64,000 nt of DNA from an uncultured Anaerolineales bacterium (GCA_964629085.1 CAZVPR010000016.1:102-64101), one strand, 5' to 3'; shown: positions 9,266 to 18,385, counted from the stretch's first letter. Notes: generated from the letters alone by a model not told the origin. Numbers and translations: made by a program.

Positions 9266-10405
9266 TTAGAAAAATCCCCAGTAAATCCAATCGGCAATAA
9301 AAGCCAAAAGATAACATACCACGAGAAACGCGAGGACGATCATGACAATGCGCCACCATTTCCGTTTACGTTTCTTGGGCGGCGAATATTCGGCCGGTGC
9401 GTTCTCATCCGGCCGGGGGGCAGCGGCCTGAGAAGCGGCCGGAGCAAGGGGTAAGGCTCCCTCCGTGAATTGCGCCGCCGGGTCTTCCAACAAACTGCTG
9501 ATGATGACCATCGTTTGAGCCGAGCTAAGGCAAAAGATGCTAACGCCTGTTTCGTCTGGTGTCCACATCAAAAAGGCGTTTCCCCGGCCTTGAACGCCCC
9601 AAATCAAACTGTTTATTGGTTGATGCCGGTTATCAAGAGTGGCGGCTTGCAGGCGCACGTGTCCATCAATAGTCAGGAAAGTTGCTGCCAGTTCGACTGT
9701 TTTTTCGGTTGGGGTGATCCTATTGCCGTCATAGGACAGCAGCGATTTTGCGTCCAGGGTTTGTATAATAGATGGGACGGAACTCTCGTCGGGTTGAGGG
9801 TGTTCATGGGCCGCTGCAAAGTATGCGGACAGCCACTGCAGGTTGTCATTCGTAAGGGTTTTTACCACATCATCCACAGGGATCGAGATCTGTTCCAGGT
9901 TCCCATCTTCTGCCATGCTCTTCATAATTTGCCGGCGAGTACAATCGATCACAGCAAACAGCAGCCAGGCCTCCTGGATGGCTAACTCCATTTCAAATTC
10001 GACTGGTTTGACTACCGATTCACCAACGAACTGACCCAGCGTGTTGACCCAATTGGTAATGTGAGGAGGAGATTGCAAGCGCAGGCCCTCGTTGCTCAAC
10101 ATCAAAGCCGCCGGGTGACCTGTTCCCTGCGGGGGGTAATACAAGCCAGCCTCAAAGTTTGCGTCCTCACCTGAATAGACAACTAAACCATAGGATTGTG
10201 CAGTTGCCAGGGTCTTAAAAGCTGGATATACATCTTGTTTCAGGCTTCCGTCAGGGTTAACCAGTGTTGGGGAGAGAGCTTGCTGTAAATCAGGCACAGC
10301 CTGACCCTGGATAAAAGGTGAAATAGCGCTGTGTTGGCCACCCAACTGCTGGCCAAGAAACATCAATTCATCACGGGAAATTAGTACGTCTATGGGTGAT
10401 GTCAT
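9266..10405 (-). CDS. Hypothetical tail-anchored membrane protein (cytoplasmic N-domain, single C-terminal TM)
   Basis: 379-aa ORF with no N-terminal signal. The C-terminus is KKRKRKWWRIVMIVLAFLVVCYLLAFIADWIYWGFF, a basic patch followed by a TM segment at the extreme end. Confidence 0.65.
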   Translation of the reverse strand: MTSPIDVLISRDELMFLGQQLGGQHSAISPFIQGQAVPDLQQALSPTLVNPDGSLKQDVYPAFKTLATAQSYGLVVYSGEDANFEAGLYYPPQGTGHPAALMLSNEGLRLQSPPHITNWVNTLGQFVGESVVKPVEFEMELAIQEAWLLFAVIDCTRRQIMKSMAEDGNLEQISIPVDDVVKTLTNDNLQWLSAYFAAAHEHPQPDESSVPSIIQTLDAKSLLSYDGNRITPTEKTVELAATFLTIDGHVRLQAATLDNRHQPINSLIWGVQGRGNAFLMWTPDETGVSIFCLSSAQTMVIISSLLEDPAAQFTEGALPLAPAASQAAAPRPDENAPAEYSPPKKRKRKWWRIVMIVLAFLVVCYLLAFIADWIYWGFF

Positions 10406-10451
10406 CTTTCTCTCCTACTTATTGCTCAAATAAACGGTTAGCGAGGAATTT

Positions 10452-12446
10452 TTATTTACCAAACAAGAAATGGGATGTCTCGTCATTAACCTTCTTTAGG
10501 AGCTTACCCAGACCTTTGTCTTTGGCTGCATTCTGGCCGAGGGCTTTCAATCCGGTTTGCTTGATGGCATCTTTTACCTTGGCCTTTGTAGTAAATCGCT
10601 GAATGCTCTTGATTTGAGGGGTTTTGATCACATCACCAAACCAATCGCCGGCCACAGTTTCCACGGCTTTGCCAGCGGACTCATAAATGGCGCTGCCAAT
10701 GCCATTTTCGATGCCTTCCTGGATGAAGGTCGTTCCGCTGTGATAAGCCCACTTGAAATAGCGCCCGGCCCCAGGAGCCAGCCCGACAATATCTGCCCCG
10801 GTATCGGCCACGAATTTGACCGCGCTGGGGAGCAAGGCGATATTTTCCGTAGCTGCCGCCGAACGATGATAGCTTTCCATCAGGTTGGTGGTTGTGTCAA
10901 GGCCGCGCTGGAGGGTAGCACGCTCCATGTTGTTCAACCGATCGAGCAATTCGTCGATGCGCTTGCCAGTGCTTTCAACACCTTTTTCGACGGCTTCGAA
11001 GCGAGATGGCTTTGGTTGTCTGGAGATGATCTCGCGCACGTTGATCAGGTTCCTGCGCTGCAAGGCGCGCAAGCCCAGGTATCCGCCCCCCAATACACCT
11101 CCCCCCAACAAGGAGACACCGCCAATGGTCGCCAACGTTGATAATATGTCAGAATCATTATTGCTAGCTGCTGCGACCTGATAACAACGCCCGGTATCGG
11201 AATTACAGCCACTGGCATCACAGGGCACCGAGCCCTGGTAGGTGCACTCGTTGGTTTCAGGATTGTATTTTGGATTGATCCCGCTATATCTGCCATCAGG
11301 TGAACAAGCTGCTGGGTCGCAGTAATAACCATCGTCTGTCTCATCCGACTCATCTTCAGAAAGCGGATTGCACTGCCCGGTTGCCGGGTTGCATCCCGCG
11401 CCTTCACAAGAAATGGGGGTGTAGTAACAATCCCCATCTTCGGAATTGCAAAAGCCATTAATCCAGCTTTCTGTGCCGTCCGGGGAACAGATCACTGGCT
11501 CGCAGGTGACCCCAGAACATAAGTCGGTTGGATTTTCCAGGCACAAGCCAGTTGCGGGATCACATCCATTGTCACATGAGTCCGCCAGTATATATTCACA
11601 TTCGCCTGTATCCGGGTTGCATCTTGCCTGACCGTGCTGACTGATATCTCCATCGCATTTTGCGGGTGGACAAATGATGCCCAGGCAAGGGTCTGCGCCT
11701 GGCAAGGATTGAATGCACAGACCGGTATCGAAATCGCAGCCCAAAGGACAGGGATCGATATAGTTGGCAATTTCACAGCGTCCATTGTCTGGGTTGCAGG
11801 ACACGCCCTCCCAACTCTGGCTGCCATCGGGAGAACAGGTTGGATCTTCGCAAAACACGCCAGCGCAAAGATCAGCTTCACTTTCTTCGTAACAAAATCC
11901 GGTGCCGGGGTTACAGCCAGCGCTGCCGCATGATTCGGGGTAGGTAAATTCGCAGCGGCCGGTGTCGGGGTTGCAGGCTGGCGCAGACCAACTGGTATTG
12001 TCCTCGCATTCAGCTGGGGGCCAGCCAGAGCAGTCTACATTGGCGCAGGAGTCGTCAGTATTGTCAGGGGTTGGTTCAGATGGCGCATCTTCGATACATC
12101 TCTGATTGTTGGGATCTGAAGCATCACAGCCATTCGGGCATCTTTCTAAACCGTAATAGACACAGCCGTCATAAGGGTTGCATGCGTACCTGAAAGTGGA
12201 ATAAAGAACCCAAACGTTATTGTGTTCTTCGTATTCACACATTGCTGGGTAACAGGCTTCCCAAGAGCCGTCTACTAATTCACAACTCATACCTGTCGAA
12301 GGTGGTGGCTGATCATCCTGTGATGGAAGTCTATAGTTGTCGTGGGCAAGAGCATCCATCGGAAAAAAAATGCCAGCCCCCAACATCAGCATCAGCAGAA
12401 CAGCGACCAAGGTATCGAAGAATTTCGGCGGGGATGAAGATCTCAT
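10452..12446 (-). CDS. Type-I membrane protein with five to six 8-Cys extracellular repeat modules and a roughly 200-aa cytoplasmic domain
   Basis: A long ORF (track 10452..12515). It has a signal-like leader (FFDTLVAVLLMLMLGAGIFFPMDALA), repeated CNPDTGxC-type modules, a Gly-rich TM (TLATIGGVSLLGGGVLGGGYLGL) and a non-repetitive C-terminal domain. Start 12446 is preferred because AAGGA lies about 8 nt upstream; 12455 or 12515 are possible. Confidence 0.7.
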   Translation of the reverse strand: MRSSSPPKFFDTLVAVLLMLMLGAGIFFPMDALAHDNYRLPSQDDQPPPSTGMSCELVDGSWEACYPAMCEYEEHNNVWVLYSTFRYACNPYDGCVYYGLERCPNGCDASDPNNQRCIEDAPSEPTPDNTDDSCANVDCSGWPPAECEDNTSWSAPACNPDTGRCEFTYPESCGSAGCNPGTGFCYEESEADLCAGVFCEDPTCSPDGSQSWEGVSCNPDNGRCEIANYIDPCPLGCDFDTGLCIQSLPGADPCLGIICPPAKCDGDISQHGQARCNPDTGECEYILADSCDNGCDPATGLCLENPTDLCSGVTCEPVICSPDGTESWINGFCNSEDGDCYYTPISCEGAGCNPATGQCNPLSEDESDETDDGYYCDPAACSPDGRYSGINPKYNPETNECTYQGSVPCDASGCNSDTGRCYQVAAASNNDSDILSTLATIGGVSLLGGGVLGGGYLGLRALQRRNLINVREIISRQPKPSRFEAVEKGVESTGKRIDELLDRLNNMERATLQRGLDTTTNLMESYHRSAAATENIALLPSAVKFVADTGADIVGLAPGAGRYFKWAYHSGTTFIQEGIENGIGSAIYESAGKAVETVAGDWFGDVIKTPQIKSIQRFTTKAKVKDAIKQTGLKALGQNAAKDKGLGKLLKKVNDETSHFLFGK
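11178..12284 (-). repeat. In-frame coding repeats: about 55-60-aa modules with 8 conserved Cys each
   Basis: The modules start at ORF residues 157, 217, 277, 333 and 399, with a degenerate one at about 78. The pattern is C-x4-C-x4/5-C-x11/12-C-NPDTG-x-C-x8/9-C-x3-C-x6-C, for example CSPDGSQSWEGVSCNPDNGRCE...CPLGCDFDTGLC. Confidence 0.75.
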
Positions 12447-12714
12447 TGGCAACATCCTTTGAGTCAAACGGGTTGAGCAGAAAAGTACCTGATTTTGATG
12501 CAACTGCCCCCTCACATTATGAAATGCAAGTTAGGAGCTCGCATCTGTTCCACGTAGGATCAATGATTGCCTGAAAACGAGCAATTGAATAATATCAGTA
12601 TAGCAAAATTGATTGTATTTGATAAATTACTTATGTCACATTTGGATAAGAAAACAAAACTATTTCCTGATTTTGATGACAAATTATTAGGGCCAAATCC
12701 CTTGAAATAGCAAT

Positions 12715-12745
12715 GATCCCCAAAGTATTCTAGGTTTTGGGGATC
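12715..12745 (-). terminator. Hairpin downstream of the 12769..13974 gene
   Basis: GATCCCCAAA-11 nt-TTTGGGGATC forms a 10-bp perfect stem 24 nt after the stop. It is followed on the minus strand by a moderately T-rich stretch and sits in an AT-rich 250-nt spacer. Confidence 0.5.
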
Positions 12746-12768
12746 TGAAAAGTAGAGATAATCCTGTT

Positions 12769-13974
12769 CTAAGGCACCGGCGCCACACACCCACAGCGGG
12801 TATTGTCCCAGACGTAATTAACTTGCACCTGTCCAAAGGTATAGGTAGGACAGCCTTGCGCCGGTGGCGGGCAGGAGGTCGGATCGGGAGGGCGCGGCGT
12901 GGTAGTATTTGTCGGTGTGGGACTGGGCAGCGGGCACATTCCGGGATAAGAAGTCGTCGGTTCGAAGCCGTAAGTCCAGCGACAGGTGTTGTCCATTGAA
13001 TAGAGTTGTTTAAGTGGGTAATGGTCGTTGTTGATCAGGGGTGAACCGGCCTGTTCCAGGGTGAAATGGTCGTTGTAGTCGAACCAACCCTGCTCCTTGA
13101 CGCCCTCATCTGTCCAGCCGCCCCAAAGGAATGTGCTGGCAGAATCGATCAGGGCATGCTTGAAAGCCAGATGCACCTGAACCGGCGCACTCGGTCCGCG
13201 ACGCACCCAGGCCGCATCGGGGTCATCGCCGCGCCCTTCGTCGAATACAAGCTCATCGTAACCGTCGATGCCACTCAATGGGGCCTCGGCAACCATTGGT
13301 TGCTGACCCCCCACATCTTCATTTGAATCACGCCAAACCTGGACTCCATCCGTGGTCCACTGATCAGACGCTGGCACCAGGGCCCGGATCAACCAATCGC
13401 CGCGTCCATCGCGATCCACATCAATCTCAATAGCATACGACGGTATGGCGGCATCTGCATCTTTAGGGGGTTCCCCCTCCAAAATTAGCTTGACATAGAT
13501 CCATTCACCGCCCGGCCCAATCTCCGTTTTGATGATATCAAGATAAGGTTGGTATTCCATCGCTTGCGCAGTAAAGGGACGTTCTAGCAAGTTGACATTC
13601 AGGCTGTCGCCGATGGTGCGCTTCTCTGGCGCGTAAGGCTCGGACGATAAATCGGAAATCCAGGTGCGGATGCGTTCCGGCTCCCCAGGTTGCACAAGGT
13701 GTTCTATGGTTGGTTCCAGCGTCTGCGATGGCGTCTGCGATGGCTCTGGTGTTGGGGTTTCGGTTGCCGTTTCTGACGGTTGCGCTGCCTCGGCCTGTTC
13801 GGCCTGAGCAGCCTGTTGCTGATCTTGAAAATCTTGGACGGCACGTGCCAGGGCGGTTTGCGTTGCGGCGATGGACAGAGTCTCATCCGATGTGCCCCCC
13901 GGCAAATTACAAGCCAGGATCGCCGCGAAAAGAATCAGAAAAATAGATGTAAATGAAGCTCGTCGATGGATCAT
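12769..13974 (-). CDS. Hypothetical secreted protein or lipoprotein with Pro/Thr/Glu-rich linker
   Basis: 401-aa ORF. The leader is MIHRRASFTSIFLILFAAILACNLPGG, followed by the low-complexity linker QAEQAEAAQPSETATETPTPEPSQTPSQT and a Cys-containing PT-rich C-terminus. A GAGGTG RBS lies upstream. Confidence 0.7.
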   Translation of the reverse strand: MIHRRASFTSIFLILFAAILACNLPGGTSDETLSIAATQTALARAVQDFQDQQQAAQAEQAEAAQPSETATETPTPEPSQTPSQTLEPTIEHLVQPGEPERIRTWISDLSSEPYAPEKRTIGDSLNVNLLERPFTAQAMEYQPYLDIIKTEIGPGGEWIYVKLILEGEPPKDADAAIPSYAIEIDVDRDGRGDWLIRALVPASDQWTTDGVQVWRDSNEDVGGQQPMVAEAPLSGIDGYDELVFDEGRGDDPDAAWVRRGPSAPVQVHLAFKHALIDSASTFLWGGWTDEGVKEQGWFDYNDHFTLEQAGSPLINNDHYPLKQLYSMDNTCRWTYGFEPTTSYPGMCPLPSPTPTNTTTPRPPDPTSCPPPAQGCPTYTFGQVQVNYVWDNTRCGCVAPVP

Positions 13975-14099
13975 AACTCACCTCTCATATGTCGTACCCG
14001 AATTCCATTTTCATTATACTTGTGTTTTTATAAGGAAGAAGGGATGCATCAAATCCAGTGGTAGAATTTTGACCTGGCATATATCTCTGGAGACAAATC

Positions 14100-15317
14100 A
14101 TGTTCCCACCCGAGAAAATTGAAGAGTGGCTCAAGGAAGTAGCAGATCGCCCAAGTTCCGCCCCGATCATCATCCAGTTTATCAGCAACCGCTTGAATGA
14201 TCTGAGCACATGGAATGAGGAGTTGCGTGCAGAAAATTTAAAACTGCGCACGGGAGAGCAGGTCGCTGAATATGAACGCCAGATCGCCCACCTGCAATAC
14301 CAACTTGACCTGGTCAAACGTCAGTTTGGTGGGCAGCTTCCCGATGCAGAGCAACTCGCTGAAATTGCTGCGGTGGAGAAAACGGTAGATTTGAATCTTT
14401 TGATCTATTCAGCAGATGGTCGTCTGCTGTGTTTGAGCTTGGATACTGGAAACTTGAACGACAGCCAGGAGATCTGCAATTTAGGCGGGATTCTGTTAAA
14501 GGAAGTCAAACCTCGCCTGGCTGTTGTCCCCTCGAACGAAGAACTACTCTTCTTGTTTGATTCTGGCCGAATTGCGACTCTATCAGTTTCCGAGTTACCC
14601 GACCCTTCAGATGAAAGCATCGATTGGGAGACAATCTCCATCCCGGTATCCCCGCACGCGGGTGATTCCCTTGTTTGTATTGCGCCTATCTCGGGCTTAG
14701 CCCTGGCAGACTATTTCTTACAGACCAGCCAGCGCGGCTTTATCAAAACCATTCGCATGGCATTAGCTCCCTCGATTATGGAAAATCAATATATTGGCCA
14801 GGGTGCCAAAATTTCCCACGATCGACCCTTCAATCTGGCTCTGTGTGCAAAGGATGAACGCCTCGTCATGGTGAGCAAGGATGGGTATTTGCAGTACTTG
14901 CCCATCGATATTTCGCCCCATGCTATCGTCGAGGCCATGCGGCTTAAGTCGACCGACCGTATCGCGGCATCTTTCAATTTGCCGCCGGAAAAATCTGTTT
15001 TGGCGATGACCCAGGTGGGCAAAGCCATCCACCGCACCGCAGACAGCCTGGAGATGATCAGCGATTTGGGACGGGTGGGCAAAGCATTATATAGTAAGAC
15101 ACGCCGGGATGCCGGCGTGCGCGTGATCGGTGCCGCCGCGGTAAAAGAGCCCGATTGGGGTTTAGCAGTCCACTCGAATGGTCAGATAACTTCCCACGCG
15201 GTAAAAGAAATTTTCGCCAATGGCACTGTTCCCGTCGAAGATCAATTATTGGCTTTTACAGCATTTGAATCCACTACGCCACAGGCAGGCCTGCGGCCAG
15301 ACACGAAGGAGCACTAA
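14100..15317 (+). CDS. Coiled-coil protein with GyrA C-terminal-domain-like beta-pinwheel repeats
   Basis: 405-aa ORF. The N-terminal heptad-like region is NEELRAENLKLRTGEQVAEYERQIAHLQYQLDLVKRQ. About six blade-like repeats follow (LLIYSADGRLLCLSL, LFLFDSGRIATLSV, LQTSQRGFIKTIRM, VMVSKDGYLQYLPI, LAMTQVGKAIHRTA, LAVHSNGQITSHAV). A GGAGA RBS is present. Confidence 0.6.
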   Translation: MFPPEKIEEWLKEVADRPSSAPIIIQFISNRLNDLSTWNEELRAENLKLRTGEQVAEYERQIAHLQYQLDLVKRQFGGQLPDAEQLAEIAAVEKTVDLNLLIYSADGRLLCLSLDTGNLNDSQEICNLGGILLKEVKPRLAVVPSNEELLFLFDSGRIATLSVSELPDPSDESIDWETISIPVSPHAGDSLVCIAPISGLALADYFLQTSQRGFIKTIRMALAPSIMENQYIGQGAKISHDRPFNLALCAKDERLVMVSKDGYLQYLPIDISPHAIVEAMRLKSTDRIAASFNLPPEKSVLAMTQVGKAIHRTADSLEMISDLGRVGKALYSKTRRDAGVRVIGAAAVKEPDWGLAVHSNGQITSHAVKEIFANGTVPVEDQLLAFTAFESTTPQAGLRPDTKEH

Positions 15318-15362
15318 ATGTTTTTCCTTTGTGAGCTTTGTGAACTTCGTGGATAAAAAATT

Positions 15363-16703
15363 ATGAGCATCAAAGTAGGCCTTGATTTTGGAACATCCAA
15401 CTCCGGCGTGGCGATCAGCGACGGCGCAACTGTACGTTTACTGCCGCTTGATCCCGGTAATTCGATCCCCGAGGTAGTCAAGACCATTCTGTACGTCACC
15501 CGCGACCATCGCACATACATTGGGCAAGAAGCCATCGAACTGTACTACCAACACAACATCAACCGTGTGCGGCGCTACGAAAAGCGCTGGGCTGGTGCGC
15601 TGCGCGTTATTGCCTCCGAGGTCGATTATGTGCATGATGTCTTTGTCACCGTGGATGTGCTCAAACCAGGACGTTTGCTGCAGTATCTGAAAACTGCTCT
15701 TCGCAAGAGCGGCGGTGCCAGCGATGTAGCCGGCACATTAATATTCGAACGCTTTTTCAGTGTTGGCGAATTGATCGAGATTTACCTTTCCGATTTGAAA
15801 AACCGGGCTGAAGCTGAACTGGGAGAGTCAATCTCGGGGGTAACCCTGGGGCGGCCGGTCAAGTTTTCAGATGATGCTCAGTTAGACCAACAAGCCGAAG
15901 ACACTTTGCGGCAAGCCGCCCATAAGGCTGGGTTTGACGAGGTCGATTTTGAATTAGAGCCCATCGCCGCGGCTTTGTTCTACGAGATGTCCTTAGATGT
16001 GCCGCAGAATGTACTCATCTTCGATTTCGGCGGCGGCACCCTGGATATCACCATCATGCGCCTGGGCGAGCCTGGCAAGCGTCAAGTTTTTGCCAACGGC
16101 GGCATCGACATCGCCGGGGCAGACTTCGACCGGGCCATCATCGAGACCCGCTTATTACCCCATTTCGGCGCCGGGCAAATCCGGCACATGCCGGAGATCA
16201 GCGAACTGATCGAAACTATCCCCGACTGGTTGGCGCTGCCCGATTTGAGCACACCGGTCATCAAGAACACCCTCGACAAAGCAATACAGCGTGAAATTTC
16301 ACCAGTTCGCTTAAGGACCTTGCAATCGCTGATCTTCAACGATCTGGCTTTTCCCTTTTACAATCAGGTCGAAGAAGCCAAGATGACCCTCTCAGAGTCA
16401 GGGGCGACCGCGATCCAATTACAAGGCAAAGATTTCGACTTCTGGGAGTTGTACACCCGCACTCAATTCGAAGCGGACATTCGACAATTCTATTTGCAGA
16501 TCGAGCAGGTTCTTTTGGAAACAGTACAAGCCTCGGGACTGGAACCCGCTCAAATCCAGGCTGTGGTGACGACCGGGGGCTCATCCAATATTCCCCTGTT
16601 CACCGAGATGTTAGTCAAACACTTTGGGGTTGAAAAAGTAGTGCAATCAAATACCTTCAGCAGTGTTACCGCTGGGCTGGCAATCCGGGCGGGGGAAAAA
16701 TGA
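15363..16703 (+). CDS. Hsp70-family ATPase (nucleotide-binding domain only, YegD-like)
   Basis: The actin/Hsp70 phosphate-1 motif GLDFGTSNSGVA, phosphate-2 IFDFGGGTLDITI and adenosine motif VVTTGGSSNIPLF are present. At 446 aa there is no room for a canonical substrate-binding domain. Confidence 0.8.
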   Translation: MSIKVGLDFGTSNSGVAISDGATVRLLPLDPGNSIPEVVKTILYVTRDHRTYIGQEAIELYYQHNINRVRRYEKRWAGALRVIASEVDYVHDVFVTVDVLKPGRLLQYLKTALRKSGGASDVAGTLIFERFFSVGELIEIYLSDLKNRAEAELGESISGVTLGRPVKFSDDAQLDQQAEDTLRQAAHKAGFDEVDFELEPIAAALFYEMSLDVPQNVLIFDFGGGTLDITIMRLGEPGKRQVFANGGIDIAGADFDRAIIETRLLPHFGAGQIRHMPEISELIETIPDWLALPDLSTPVIKNTLDKAIQREISPVRLRTLQSLIFNDLAFPFYNQVEEAKMTLSESGATAIQLQGKDFDFWELYTRTQFEADIRQFYLQIEQVLLETVQASGLEPAQIQAVVTTGGSSNIPLFTEMLVKHFGVEKVVQSNTFSSVTAGLAIRAGEK

Positions 16704-16832
16704 AATAGTTGAATTCATACCATTCAAACGATCGGACAAATCCCAGAAAACTCTAAAACCAAATGTCAATGCGAGTGAGCTGTAGGCATGCCTGCGGCAA
16801 GCGCGGTAATCTCATCCTAATAAAAGGATTTC

Positions 16833-17231
16833 ATGAATACTAAAATCATGTACACAGGTTTGTTTTTTATCTTTCTAATAATCTCGGGCTATCTCACCAG
16901 TGGTTCGGGAAAACCCTATCGCACCCTGATCTTCACCATCCATAAATTCGTTGGTGTTGGATTGGGAGTCTTCTTGATTATGAACGTTATACAGATTCAA
17001 AAAACCGCCCCGCTCAGCCCACTTGGGATTACCGTTTTGGTTGTTACCATCCTGATTTTTGTGGCACTGGTCGCTGCGGGCGGACTGCTCAGCGTCCAGG
17101 CTGAGGGTGGCTTGCGTGGTGTCAACCCGGCAGTGCTAACGGGTATTACCTGGGTGCACAAAATATTCCCCTATCTGGCCGTACTCTCAACCGCCGGAAC
17201 TCTCTATCTTTTACTGTACAACAATTATTGA
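16833..17231 (+). CDS. Hypothetical small integral membrane protein (4 predicted TM)
   Basis: 132-aa ORF made almost entirely of hydrophobic segments. Its 3' end overlaps the convergent peptidase gene by 7 nt. Confidence 0.6.
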   Translation: MNTKIMYTGLFFIFLIISGYLTSGSGKPYRTLIFTIHKFVGVGLGVFLIMNVIQIQKTAPLSPLGITVLVVTILIFVALVAAGGLLSVQAEGGLRGVNPAVLTGITWVHKIFPYLAVLSTAGTLYLLLYNNY

Positions 17232-18385
17232 CAATAACGAAGAGCTGTTTCCGCTAAAATGGCGGCCAACTCCACCACAGATTGGACGTCGACCCACTCC
17301 TCGGCGCTATGTAAACCTTCACCCACAGGACCCAGCAAAACGGTGTCCATGCCTGCTTTTGAAAAGATGGCCGCGTCCGTCCAGAAGGTCTGGCCAATAT
17401 GGGCTGACTTTTTACCAAAATGAGAAGACATGACGCCCTCGAGAGCCTGTACGATGGGGGCATCGGTGCGCACTTCGAATGGCTCCCGCTGGAAGGAAGG
17501 TTTGACAGTGGCTTTGAAGGTGTCATCTTCGGCTGCTAGTCGGTCGATGATGGCCTGCAGGTCGGATGTGGCTTGGGGCTCACTTTCACCGGGAATGGTG
17601 CGACGCTCGATTTGCAGCAGGCAGTGAGCGGCGTAGATGCTGACCGCCGAACCGCCCTCCAAACGGGCGGCATGCAGCGAGGGCGGCCCAGCCAGGGGGT
17701 GCGGTTCTCGCTGAATTAATTCTTGTTCCAGCTTATCGAGTTGGGCCAGGAAACGGCCCATGCGCATATTGGCGTCGATGCCCTCTCCGAAGCGGCTGCC
17801 GTGGGCGGCACGCCCGAAAGTTTCGACATCGTACCAGATGAAACCGCGGTGGGCGCGGCAGAGCTGCAAATCGGTGGGTTCGGTGACGATAGCCGCATCA
17901 GCGTGGCAGTGTTTGACGAGGTGATCACTGCCAATACTGGCGTACTCTTCATCGGCGACGCCGGTGATCAGCAAGTCTCCTCTCAGCTCTGCACCGCTGT
18001 CGACCAGGGCTTTGGCGGCGCCAATCATCGCGGCCAGAGAGCCTTTCATATCTTGCGACCCGCGGCCGTACAATCGTCCATTCTTGATCTCCCCACCAAA
18101 TGGATCGATGGACATGCCCTCTACCCCCACTGTGTCCATGTGAGCATTGAGCAGCAGCGATTTGCCATCTCCCTTCGCTTTGAGTAATCCAACCGTGTTT
18201 ACTCGCTCAGACTCGATTTTTTGGACGGTTACTTCCAGCCCAAGATCGTTGAGCGCATCCGCAACGTAGGTCCCAATTTCGGTCTCACCGACCCCCTCAG
18301 GGGTCAAGGATGGATTGATGGAATTGATCTGCACCAGGGCTTGCAAGGTTTGGATGATGTAATTGCGATCGACTTTGATAGTCAT
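17225..18385 (-). CDS. M20 family metallopeptidase (ArgE/DapE/acetylornithine deacetylase-like)
   Basis: LLLNAHMDTVGVEG and LLITGVADEEYASIG metal-ligand motifs. Length 386 aa. Confidence 0.8.
   Translation of the reverse strand: MTIKVDRNYIIQTLQALVQINSINPSLTPEGVGETEIGTYVADALNDLGLEVTVQKIESERVNTVGLLKAKGDGKSLLLNAHMDTVGVEGMSIDPFGGEIKNGRLYGRGSQDMKGSLAAMIGAAKALVDSGAELRGDLLITGVADEEYASIGSDHLVKHCHADAAIVTEPTDLQLCRAHRGFIWYDVETFGRAAHGSRFGEGIDANMRMGRFLAQLDKLEQELIQREPHPLAGPPSLHAARLEGGSAVSIYAAHCLLQIERRTIPGESEPQATSDLQAIIDRLAAEDDTFKATVKPSFQREPFEVRTDAPIVQALEGVMSSHFGKKSAHIGQTFWTDAAIFSKAGMDTVLLGPVGEGLHSAEEWVDVQSVVELAAILAETALRYCQ

Noticed and set aside
9266-10405. An EspG/type VII secretion chaperone interpretation of the tail-anchored protein.
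   Set aside because: The resemblance is limited to a few N-terminal residues. No WXG100, EccC or other T7SS genes are in the window. It is kept only as a remark.
10557-11141. A 194-aa plus-strand ORF antisense to the Cys-repeat receptor gene.
   Set aside because: It is fully embedded antisense in a gene with strong repeat and topology logic, and it has no recognisable motif.
11178-12284. The periodic nucleotide repeats considered as a CRISPR-like or tandem non-coding array.
   Set aside because: The repeats are in-frame, about 170 nt long and diverged at the DNA level. They encode conserved Cys patterns within one long ORF, so they are coding repeats.
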